Notes under the pieces: generated by a model
The model's database searches: none
What the model was told of the DNA's origin: nothing
The model's input: the letters and a program-made list of their open reading frames with translations, nothing else
In this document: piece after piece, positions 1-7,584 of the stretch
How positions within the stretch are numbered: the stretch's first letter is position 1
How the letters are laid out: each line of letters starts with the position of its first letter
Position numbers and translations under genes: made by a program
Origin: a virus
Taxonomy: Duplodnaviria; Caudoviricetes
Strand: one strand, 5' to 3'
Length of the DNA stretch: 34,319 nt
IMG/VR virus record: IMGVR_UViG_3300049060_000024
Location: 1-34,319 of that record

Positions 1-1
1 A

Positions 2-214
2 CCAGAGCGACACATTTTGTTTCTCGGAAACTCGGTTGACATTGCCGCAGGCAACGCCGTAGGATTGGGAAATACTCGCGTGCCACTTGCCGAAGGCGTT
101 AAACCTCTCCCAGCATCGATTGAGCCGGCAAGTCTCGTGCAAGCACTGGTCCTCATTGAAGACGTTGAGAAACAGGCAAAGGAGATAATCGCTAAGGAGC
201 TATCAGGTAAGTAG
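2..214 (+). CDS. 5'-truncated hypothetical protein (possibly C-terminus of a recombination/AAA ATPase)
   Basis: Frame is open from position 2 to TAG at 214. The function is guessed only from its position upstream of the SSB-like gene. Confidence 0.5.
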   Translation, partial: PERHILFLGNSVDIAAGNAVGLGNTRVPLAEGVKPLPASIEPASLVQALVLIEDVEKQAKEIIAKELSGK

Positions 215-278
215 TGAGATGGTTCAAAGTTGCGAATGATTAAAGTGGGATTTTGCTTCCCACGCCATCACCAGTTTG

Positions 279-355
279 ATGGGGAGTAGCTCAGTGTTAG
301 AGCACTTGGTTTTAGCCAAGAGGTCGGACGGTTCAATTCCTCCTTCCCCACGCCA
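279..355 (+). tRNA. atypical tRNA (Lys-UUU-like; 6-nt anticodon loop), possibly pseudo-tRNA
   Basis: Acceptor TGGGGAG(280-286)/TTCCCCA(344-350); D-arm GCTC-AGTGTTA-GAGC; anticodon stem CTTGG/CCAAG with loop TTTTAG; variable loop AGGTC; T-arm GGA(C)GG-TTCAATT-CCTCC; 3' GCCA. Confidence 0.75.
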
Positions 356-449
356 AGTTTAGGCTGACAACCATTCGTATAAAACTCAAATGTGCAGAAA
401 AGTCCTCAATTAGGAGGCAATACCCAATTAAGGGTTTAGGAGGTTAGTT

Positions 450-1022
450 TTGGCAGATCTATCACATCTCGGCGGACTCAATCCAGTTGAAGCTCTTGAC
501 CTAGCAAATTACGCAGACAATAAGGAGTCTACATTTCGACTCCCAGTTAAGGGCCGTTATACTCTACGAGCCCCAGAGAGCTTCCCGGCAGCTGCGTTCA
601 CAAGAACTAAGGCAGGTGCCCTCTCGATCCAGATTGATCCGACAATTGTTGGACCAACGAATGAAGGGTTCACAGTAAGGTTCACAAAGGTTAGCGCAAA
701 GCCGTTCAAGCGCGACGGCGTGACAGTAAGTCAGGTAGGCGACTACCTAAGGTCTTGTGGTTTCAGTGGTGTCCTAGCCGATGAGCAGTCTATTGCCGAC
801 GCAGTAGAGGCTACAGCTGGTGCTATCTATGAAGCTAAGCTAGACTGGAGAGCTTACTCAAAGTCAGGTTTCTCACTCCAAGGTATGGAAAGGTTCCCGA
901 AGCTTGCTGATGGTTCCTACCAGTCATGGGTCGAGGATCCAACTTTGAAGGATGAGAATGGTAACCCCGTAAAGGTTCGTGCCAATATCATCGTTGACCG
1001 TTTTATCCCACAGGGCGAATAA
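450..1022 (+). CDS. putative single-stranded DNA-binding protein (phage OB-fold, DUF669-like)
   Basis: 190-aa ORF with TTG start, strong SD AGGAGG (438-443) and its own terminator. Contains an 'LPVKGRYTLR' strand pattern and lies in the replication arm. Confidence 0.45.
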   Translation: MADLSHLGGLNPVEALDLANYADNKESTFRLPVKGRYTLRAPESFPAAAFTRTKAGALSIQIDPTIVGPTNEGFTVRFTKVSAKPFKRDGVTVSQVGDYLRSCGFSGVLADEQSIADAVEATAGAIYEAKLDWRAYSKSGFSLQGMERFPKLADGSYQSWVEDPTLKDENGNPVKVRANIIVDRFIPQGE

Positions 1023-1049
1023 GACTAGCTAGTGGTTAGATAAGTTGGA

Positions 1050-1084
1050 AGGGGGCAGACGATAGGGTCTGCCCCTTTTGTGTC
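1050..1084 (+). terminator. intrinsic terminator
   Basis: GGGGCAGAC(1052-1060)/GTCTGCCCC(1067-1075) stem followed by TTTTGTGT. Confidence 0.85.
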
Positions 1085-1104
1085 TTAGGACCCTAATGGT
1101 TAGA

Positions 1105-1294
1105 TCGTCCTGTGGCGGAATAGGACGCAGGGAAGTATGGCAAACATGGATAACCATACAAGCCCGTCATGTAAACGCTAGGAGCTACTAAGGCAGTGAC
1201 CGAGGCTAGGCATACCATACTGACCGGCTGCAGGCTTGTATGGGGCAGGCTAGCCATGTGAGGTGGATACGGGAATCCTCACCAGGACGAACCA
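1105..1294 (+). ncRNA. tRNA-framed structured RNA with large insert (unclassified)
   Basis: 8-bp acceptor-like stem TCGTCCTG/CAGGACGA plus ACCA end; D-arm-like GCG-GAATAGGA-CGC; T-arm-like GTGAGG/CCTCAC; internal perfect 11-bp helix 1154-1164/1233-1243. Confidence 0.65.
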
Positions 1295-1305
1295 TAAGGA
1301 GAAGA

Positions 1306-1548
1306 ATGTCAGATACTTTAATCTACACAAAAGCACCAGCAGATGTTATCGCAAGGTTAGTCGAGAAGATGGGTTACTCAGTTCTAGGTGAGAACGAAGG
1401 CCATGTCCAGATGGCATGTGTTGCTCTTGCCCTCTCCATTGAAATCCCAAACCTCACTCCAGAGGGTCTCCAAGCCGGGGTCAAAGGCGCTACAGAATGG
1501 ATCGCAATGTTTGGAGCTAACTACAACCAACCCATGAAGGTGAATTGA
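1306..1548 (+). CDS. hypothetical protein
   Basis: SD AAGGAG precedes ATG 1306. The longer 1240 start overlaps the structured RNA and is unlikely. Confidence 0.75.
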   Translation: MSDTLIYTKAPADVIARLVEKMGYSVLGENEGHVQMACVALALSIEIPNLTPEGLQAGVKGATEWIAMFGANYNQPMKVN

Positions 1549-1549
1549 G

Positions 1550-1651
1550 ATGATCTTACTCGGTGCAGCAGTTGGAGTTGCTATACTTTTTTGTGGACTG
1601 TTTCTTATATGGGACGCCCTAAGATGGTTCTATAATGACTGGAGATCGTGA
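1550..1651 (+). CDS. small membrane protein (33 aa)
   Basis: MILLGAAVGVAILFCGLFLIWDALRWFYNDWRS; one hydrophobic helix; TGATG coupling to the next gene. Confidence 0.6.
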   Translation: MILLGAAVGVAILFCGLFLIWDALRWFYNDWRS

Positions 1652-1965
1652 TGGCTCTTATCGCACTGGACTTCGACCACACCATCGTAGATGGAGATGT
1701 GGTAAGAGACTACGCTAGGGAAGCCATTAACATCTGGCGTGAGAATGGTCATAAGGTAGTCATTCACTCCTGTAACAACCCTAGATGGATTGAGAAGGTC
1801 CTAAGAGAGAATAGGATCGTTGTAGATCACATCTGGGACGAGAAGGGTAAGCTTCTAGCAGACATCTACGTAGACGACAAAGGCTACAGATATGAGGGAA
1901 ATTGGCGAGACGAAGTAGACAAGGTCCTCCATCTAGTAGAAGGATTAGACAATCGGAAATGGTAG
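1651..1965 (+). CDS. HAD-superfamily phosphatase (minimal, capless)
   Basis: Motif I DFDHT, motif II VVIHS, conserved K and motif IV IYVDDK. Confidence 0.8.
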   Translation: MALIALDFDHTIVDGDVVRDYAREAINIWRENGHKVVIHSCNNPRWIEKVLRENRIVVDHIWDEKGKLLADIYVDDKGYRYEGNWRDEVDKVLHLVEGLDNRKW

Positions 1966-2063
1966 GACCCTGTCCTAAATGTAAGCGCAATGCTGTAGTA
2001 TATATGGGCACCTCTAAATGGTGCCTAAGTTGTGACCATAGGTGGGACGAGAATGACATCTAA
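1959..2063 (+). CDS. zinc-ribbon microprotein (34 aa)
   Basis: MVGPCPKCKRNAVVYMGTSKWCLSCDHRWDENDI; two CxxC pairs; overlaps both neighbours. Confidence 0.6.
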   Translation: MVGPCPKCKRNAVVYMGTSKWCLSCDHRWDENDI

Positions 2064-2571
2064 CGATTGGGTTGTAGAAGAAGGCAGGGCTGAGGGTAGG
2101 GTTATGCCTCCTCAGAAGCCTGGAAGGTCCAAACAAGACTACGGCACCCCGCCAAAGTTCCTCCAAGCGGTCATGAACAGACTGGGAATCACAGACTTCA
2201 CATGGGACCTAGCCGCTTCTGACGAGAACACAGTCACTGAGAATGGATGGTTCACCGAAGCCGACAACGCCCTCACTCAAGAGTGGCCGAGACTTCCAGG
2301 ATGGCTGTGGCTCAATCCACCATTTGCTGACATCTATCCGTGGGCTCAGAAGGCTTACGAAAGCTCCCTGTTGGGATGTCGTGTAGCTATGTTAGTCCCC
2401 CTATCCATCGCTGAGTGGTGGACCGACTACGTGGACAATAAGGCGTATGTCCTTATGCTCCACGGTAGAATTACGTTCGTAGGTGAGGATAAACCTTACC
2501 CTAAAGATTGTGCGCTAGTATTGTATGGACCGGAAGGTTATAAAGGTTACGAAGCTTGGAGTTGGAAATGA
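2053..2571 (+). CDS. phage DNA N6-adenine methyltransferase (Dam-like family)
   Basis: TP motif, 'WDLAAS', 'DNALTQEW', catalytic WLNPPF, 'MLVP', 'GRITF'. Confidence 0.85.
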   Translation: MTSNDWVVEEGRAEGRVMPPQKPGRSKQDYGTPPKFLQAVMNRLGITDFTWDLAASDENTVTENGWFTEADNALTQEWPRLPGWLWLNPPFADIYPWAQKAYESSLLGCRVAMLVPLSIAEWWTDYVDNKAYVLMLHGRITFVGEDKPYPKDCALVLYGPEGYKGYEAWSWK

Positions 2572-2756
2572 AGAAACTGCTCATCGTCGTTCTACTTACG
2601 ATCGTCTCGTCCGCTTGTGCAATGAACTCTATTGGAGTTCAGAAGAGGGATTTCATCTATGCCTTCTGTGAGAAAGAAACAGAGGGTGTGACTATTACAA
2701 CGAACTGGGGCCAGCTGTGGGAATGTAAGGATGGTAAATGGTCACAGAAGAAGTAG
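2568..2756 (+). CDS. small predicted lipoprotein
   Basis: MKKLLIVVLLTIVSSAC signal peptide with lipobox-like Cys; ATGA coupling with the MTase stop. Confidence 0.6.
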   Translation: MKKLLIVVLLTIVSSACAMNSIGVQKRDFIYAFCEKETEGVTITTNWGQLWECKDGKWSQKK

Positions 2757-2929
2757 GCCCCCTCTGTACATTTGGTTGTGGTAAAGGTGCAGTAGTTAAG
2801 GGTAGGGACTCCTATGGTAAGGAGTTCCACTCTTGTAACAGGTGTTATAAGGTAGACCGAGCCTTTCCCAAGATCGTATCAACTAACATAAGTGAGTTCG
2901 CCCGCAAGGAAGACGATGAAACTTCGTAG
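2738..2929 (+). CDS. Cys-rich hypothetical protein
   Basis: CTFGC...CNRC; packed in the operon. Confidence 0.55.
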   Translation: MVTEEVGPLCTFGCGKGAVVKGRDSYGKEFHSCNRCYKVDRAFPKIVSTNISEFARKEDDETS

Positions 2930-3092
2930 AGAATATGAATTACTCAAGGGATTGTTTGTCCCAGATGAGGACATCCTGACCGACGAGGAAGATGCCTTCT
3001 CCTTCTACACTGAAAAGGGTATAATGGGTTTCAATAGGAACGTTGAACTATTCTGGAGAAACCGAGACCTTGGAGACGAGAACGATTCATAA
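2916..3092 (+). CDS. hypothetical protein
   Basis: SD AAGGA before ATG 2916; TAATG coupling to the next ORF. Confidence 0.55.
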   Translation: MKLRREYELLKGLFVPDEDILTDEEDAFSFYTEKGIMGFNRNVELFWRNRDLGDENDS

Positions 3093-3319
3093 TGTGTACA
3101 GACTTCACTGAAGGATGGTGTGGGCATATGAGTGTATACGACGATACCGACGAAGCCTATGGTACAGGGCGCTGTTGCTGGTGTGGAACACGCTTCAACT
3201 CCTACACAGGTGGATGCAGCCACGGTCCATATGAATATGATAAGAAGTGTGGTAGATGTAAGCATAAGGCTGAGGTCCTTCTAAGTGGACTTTGTAGCTC
3301 ATGCTATCGGAGAGACTAG
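3092..3319 (+). CDS. Cys/His-rich zinc-finger-like protein
   Basis: CCWC, CGRC and CSSC motifs. Confidence 0.55.
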   Translation: MCTDFTEGWCGHMSVYDDTDEAYGTGRCCWCGTRFNSYTGGCSHGPYEYDKKCGRCKHKAEVLLSGLCSSCYRRD

Positions 3320-3325
3320 TATCTA

Positions 3326-6106
3326 ATGATCATTCAGAAGCCAGAAACTTGTAAAGGTTGTCCTCTGTTTGAGCGTCCCCATGGTAAAACGTGGGGATTC
3401 TCGACGCCTGTCGGCACTGGTAAGAATGGTGTCATGGTGGTCGCGGAGGCCTTGGGAAAGGATGAAGAGCAAGAAGGGATGGCGTTAGTCGGTAAATCGG
3501 GTTATACGTTATTCCAACAGTTAAAAAGGATTGACATTGAACGAGAAGACTTCACCCTGTTCAACGTGCTTGCTTGTAGACCTCCTGATAACAAGCTTGT
3601 CGGAATGTCATATGAAGCTGATGCAATCCGGCACTGTGCCCCTAACCTTGACGCAGCAATCGCAAGTGCTAAGTCTATTGCGAGGGAGTCTGGAAAGCAA
3701 TTTGTCATCGTTACACTCGGTGTTACACCATTCAAGCGAGTCCTCGGACTAGACTATAAGAAGGATTCAGACCTTCTAAAGAAGGACCACTATGGTTACC
3801 CTTTCTGGTCAGACCAGTATGGGTGCTGGGTTCTTAACGCACCACATCCTGCTTACCTCCTAAGAGGTAACACACATCTCTGGCCTATCGTTCACTTCGT
3901 GTTCCAGCGTGCCTTGGAGATTGCTACAAATGGACTTACTCTTGATGAGCCTGATTATCTGCTTGATCCTAACCCTACCGAATTTGAGACTTGGGCTATG
4001 GGTTATGAGCGAAGTCTTGTCGATGATTCTGACAACCCCCTTTCATATGATATCGAGACTCCTTACAAGAAAAAGGTAGGAGATGAAGAAGAAGTCGGGA
4101 AAGATGAAGACGCAGACCACACCATCTTGCGAATCGCCTTCTCCTACTGGTTCCAAGGCGCTACGCATACTGTCTCCATTAAATGGAGCGCAGAATATCT
4201 CTCTACAATTGAGAGACTATTTGATATTGCCAGATATGTACTTGGATGGAACTCAGATAAGTACGACTCGCCTAGAGTCAATCGACATGTCAAAATTAAA
4301 GGGATTGGTCTGGATGGGATGGTCGCGTGGCACATCCTAAACTCCTCACTCCCTAAGGCTTTAGGCTTCGTCACCCCATACTACTGGCAGAGAACCTTAA
4401 TGTGGAAGCACCTAGCTGACAGTCAGCCAGCCTTCTACAATGCTAAGGACGCAGACGCTGCCTTGAGGAATTATATTGGAATTAGGAAGGACCTGATTAC
4501 CAATAACCTATGGCATGTGTATGAGAAGCATTGGATTAACCTCCATAAGGTTCTCAAGTATATGTCTGAGCAGGGGGTCCTTAGAGACAACGAGATGAGA
4601 GCTAAGGCTGAGACAGACCTCGCCCTTATGCTCGACACCATCGAAAAACAGATGGAGGAAGCGGTTCCTGTAGACGCACGTAAACTAAAGGTCTATAAGA
4701 AGACCCCTAAGGACATCACTGGAATGATTGAAGTTCCTGGTGAACTTACAGAGCGCATGTGCCTGAACTGTGGAGAGATTAAACCAAAGAAGAGTCATAA
4801 CTGTTGTATTGAGGGTTGGGTACTAGGTGAGAATAAAGTTCCAACCACCCTCTGGGCTAAGCCTCTAGAGTTTAAGGTCTCCAAGCTTGGGATGAGTAAC
4901 TATCAGAAGAGCCTTAAGCACCAAGCCATCATTGATAGGAAAGAGAACAAGGTCACCTACGACGCAGATGCAATTACCATGCTCATCAAAAAGTATCCTG
5001 AGGACCCTCTTTATCCTAGGATTCTCGAGCATAGAAAGGTTCAGAAGCTTCTAAGCACATATGTTGGAATTACACTTCCAGACGGGAGACTACATGGTGG
5101 AATGCCAGTTGGGAAAGATGGACGCATTCACACTCAGTACGGTAGGGATGCTAGCACTCTCAGGTTTACCTCAGAGGACCCTAACTTGCAAAATCTCCCA
5201 CGTCCCAACTCAAAAGACAAAGACGACCCAACTAATATTATCCGGAACCTCATTGTTGCGGGACCCGGAAATATATTTTACGCGAGAGATTTCTCCGGTA
5301 TTGAAGCAGTTCTTACAGGATACTTCGCTGCCGACCCAAGATACATCAGACTTGCTAAACGAGATGTCCACACTTATTACACTGTTTATGCATTGTATGA
5401 GTTAGAGGGTGGAGCAAGGATAAAGAGTGCTGACCTCCCAAGCCTAGACTGGCCGGACGAGAGACTCTTCCCACACCTAGAAGCCCTGAAGGGTGAGTTC
5501 AAGGTTGAGAGGAATAACCTTTATAAGCACTTAGTCCACGCTGCGAACTTCATGCAGGGTGCGAAGGGTGCCCAAGCGAAGATCTTTTCTGAGACTGGGA
5601 TCGAGTACCCAGTTAAGACCGTTCAGAAGGTCATGGACGTGTATTATTCCCTGTTCCCGAAGATCAAGCAGTGGCACAGGGCAGTACTTGACGAAGCCGA
5701 AAAGGACGGGTATCTTAGGAATCCATTTGACTACATCCATAGGTTTAGTCGAGTGTTCGACTACAAGAAGGAATATGGAGAATGGGTCAAGAAACCTGGA
5801 GCAGATGCAAATAAGGCCATCGCTTTCAAGCCTCAGTCCACTGCCGTTGGAATTATCACTGAAGCTATCTTGCGGCTGTATTATCAACGTTTTGATGAAG
5901 CAGGGCAGTATATGCGGCTTCAAGTACATGATGAGTTGTTCTTCGAAACACCAGAAGAAAATCTGGCCACTCTTGATCAAGTGGTACGGGAGGAGATGGA
6001 GCGACCTGTACCACAACTTAGAATGCCTACTAGTTGGAACATGGGAAGTTGTCTAGGTATTCTAACCGAAGAGAAGAAAGGATATAGATGGGGATTGATG
6101 CACTAA
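3326..6106 (+). CDS. polA: family A DNA polymerase with N-terminal family-4 UDG-like domain and 3'-5' exonuclease (SPO1-like architecture)
   Basis: UDG-like: CKGCPL, AEALG, NVLACRPP, HPAYLLR. Exonuclease: YDIET, WNSDKYD, YNAKDAD. Polymerase: PNLQNLP, motif A DFSGIE, motif C LQVHDEL. Confidence 0.95.
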   Translation: MIIQKPETCKGCPLFERPHGKTWGFSTPVGTGKNGVMVVAEALGKDEEQEGMALVGKSGYTLFQQLKRIDIEREDFTLFNVLACRPPDNKLVGMSYEADAIRHCAPNLDAAIASAKSIARESGKQFVIVTLGVTPFKRVLGLDYKKDSDLLKKDHYGYPFWSDQYGCWVLNAPHPAYLLRGNTHLWPIVHFVFQRALEIATNGLTLDEPDYLLDPNPTEFETWAMGYERSLVDDSDNPLSYDIETPYKKKVGDEEEVGKDEDADHTILRIAFSYWFQGATHTVSIKWSAEYLSTIERLFDIARYVLGWNSDKYDSPRVNRHVKIKGIGLDGMVAWHILNSSLPKALGFVTPYYWQRTLMWKHLADSQPAFYNAKDADAALRNYIGIRKDLITNNLWHVYEKHWINLHKVLKYMSEQGVLRDNEMRAKAETDLALMLDTIEKQMEEAVPVDARKLKVYKKTPKDITGMIEVPGELTERMCLNCGEIKPKKSHNCCIEGWVLGENKVPTTLWAKPLEFKVSKLGMSNYQKSLKHQAIIDRKENKVTYDADAITMLIKKYPEDPLYPRILEHRKVQKLLSTYVGITLPDGRLHGGMPVGKDGRIHTQYGRDASTLRFTSEDPNLQNLPRPNSKDKDDPTNIIRNLIVAGPGNIFYARDFSGIEAVLTGYFAADPRYIRLAKRDVHTYYTVYALYELEGGARIKSADLPSLDWPDERLFPHLEALKGEFKVERNNLYKHLVHAANFMQGAKGAQAKIFSETGIEYPVKTVQKVMDVYYSLFPKIKQWHRAVLDEAEKDGYLRNPFDYIHRFSRVFDYKKEYGEWVKKPGADANKAIAFKPQSTAVGIITEAILRLYYQRFDEAGQYMRLQVHDELFFETPEENLATLDQVVREEMERPVPQLRMPTSWNMGSCLGILTEEKKGYRWGLMH

Positions 6107-6537
6107 CTAATTGGGACCTGAGATATATTGAACTAGCTAAGGAAGTAGCTAGTTGGTCCAAGGACCCGTCCACAAAGACTGGAGCAGTCATAGTTGGACC
6201 TGATAATGGAGTTCTTAGTATAGGGTTCAATGGGTTTCCACGAGGAATGCCTGACGATCCTGCTTTATATGAGAATAGGGAAGAGAAGTACTCTAGGATT
6301 GTCCATTGTGAAATGAATGCTATCTTACAATCTGGACTAGTTCCCATGGGCTGCACTCTCTATACAGTTCCATTCATGTCATGTGACAGATGTGTGGTTC
6401 ATATGCTCCAAGCTGGGATTAGGCGGTTCGTCGCGCCAGCCTGCACTGACCCAGAAAAGCTTGAGAGATGGGGACCAGTCTTCAATAAGACTAGAAAGTA
6501 TATTGACGAGTGTGGAGGAGCATTAATCGAACTATGA
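6088..6537 (+). CDS. dCMP deaminase
   Basis: WSKDPSTKTGAVIV, GFNGFPRG, HCE and CDRC zinc ligands. Confidence 0.92.
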   Translation: MGIDALTNWDLRYIELAKEVASWSKDPSTKTGAVIVGPDNGVLSIGFNGFPRGMPDDPALYENREEKYSRIVHCEMNAILQSGLVPMGCTLYTVPFMSCDRCVVHMLQAGIRRFVAPACTDPEKLERWGPVFNKTRKYIDECGGALIEL

Positions 6538-6716
6538 GACTAGTAAAATTTACAGACGAACAGGACCAACAAGTATTTGTCAACCCAGATCTAGTTCGGT
6601 ATGTATGTGAGAATGATGACAACTCAGTAACACTAGTCTTCGACAATGAGGCTATTATCACTCTGGATTTGAGACATAACATATTTACGGTCGTATCTCA
6701 GTTGGTGGGAGTCTAA
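6534..6716 (+). CDS. small hypothetical beta-rich protein
   Basis: ATGA coupling; MRLVKFT...VFVNPDLVRYV pattern. Confidence 0.65.
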   Translation: MRLVKFTDEQDQQVFVNPDLVRYVCENDDNSVTLVFDNEAIITLDLRHNIFTVVSQLVGV

Positions 6717-7141
6717 TGAGAATCTACATAGCAGGTCCGTGGGCACACCGTGGTGACATGCCGACCATAGCAGAACAGCTGGAACAGGCAGGCCACACGA
6801 TCACATGGAAGTGGTGGAACACCCCTGAGACCCTTGAGGGTACCAACCATGACGAGGAACTCACTAGGCAAGCCTTCCATGATAAGAGAGGTGTTGAGGA
6901 GTGTCAGGTCTTAGTCCTAATCAACTCGGCTAAGTCTGAAGGTAAGGCCTTCGAACAGGGTGTGGCGGTAACTCAGAAGAAACCAATCATCGCCATAGGT
7001 AAGCTAGGTGATGGAATCGCTAAGAACGTCTTCCACTACCTACCTAACTATGTATGGGTAGAAGATGTTCAGGCAGCGATAGCTAGGCTCGAGTCTATCC
7101 AGTTCGTATACAATCTGTATGAGAATGTCTATGCCAGCTAA
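6716..7141 (+). CDS. nucleoside 2-deoxyribosyltransferase / nucleotide N-glycosidase-like protein
   Basis: MRIYIAGPW start, 'D..GV.EC', SEGKAFEQGVA (catalytic Glu), KKPII, NVFHYLP. Confidence 0.8.
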   Translation: MRIYIAGPWAHRGDMPTIAEQLEQAGHTITWKWWNTPETLEGTNHDEELTRQAFHDKRGVEECQVLVLINSAKSEGKAFEQGVAVTQKKPIIAIGKLGDGIAKNVFHYLPNYVWVEDVQAAIARLESIQFVYNLYENVYAS

Positions 7142-7412
7142 GAGAAGGGGCAACTGTTATGTCACAAGTGAAGCCTTATATCATCTCCTTGGCGGTAAGC
7201 GGGCCGGATGGACGCCGGTTCGCACACGAGTGGGAGATGACACCCATTGGTGGCTCAAACACAAGTCTGGCCTCATTCTGGATGTTACTAGAAGCCAGTT
7301 TCAAGGTGATGTGGGACCAACATATGAAGAAGGTAGGGGCAGCGGGTTTCTTACTAAGCGACCCTCAAAGAGAGCCAAGGAACTAATGGAAAGGTTAGTC
7401 TATGCCAGCTGA
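7131..7412 (+). CDS. hypothetical protein with possible Cys-His-Asp triad (papain/transglutaminase-like)
   Basis: GNCYVTSEALYHLLGG ... THWWL ... ILDVTRSQF. Confidence 0.6.
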   Translation: MPAKRRGNCYVTSEALYHLLGGKRAGWTPVRTRVGDDTHWWLKHKSGLILDVTRSQFQGDVGPTYEEGRGSGFLTKRPSKRAKELMERLVYAS

Positions 7413-7584
7413 TCTAACTAAGCCATTCGCTGAATCCTGCTGTGATGGGGGAATATGCTCAATCACTAAGGATTCATGTCAGCCTTGCGGCTGTGACATG
7501 GGATGTAAACCTAAACCACACTATTGTGAAAGACATAGATATGAGATGGAGGCAAATGAATCCGCTCGAACAACATCTAAATGA
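7402..7584 (+). CDS. Cys-rich metal-binding microprotein
   Basis: 8 Cys in about 33 residues; fills the operon gap. Confidence 0.5.
   Translation: MPADLTKPFAESCCDGGICSITKDSCQPCGCDMGCKPKPHYCERHRYEMEANESARTTSK

Noticed and set aside
1105-1294. tmRNA, group I intron-containing tRNA, or hammerhead ribozyme
   Set aside because: It lacks alanine identity and a tag ORF, is too short for a group I core, and has no CTGATGA/GAAA hammerhead core.
1240-1305. N-terminal extension of the 1240-1548 ORF
   Set aside because: It overlaps the structured RNA, and the good SD lies before ATG 1306.
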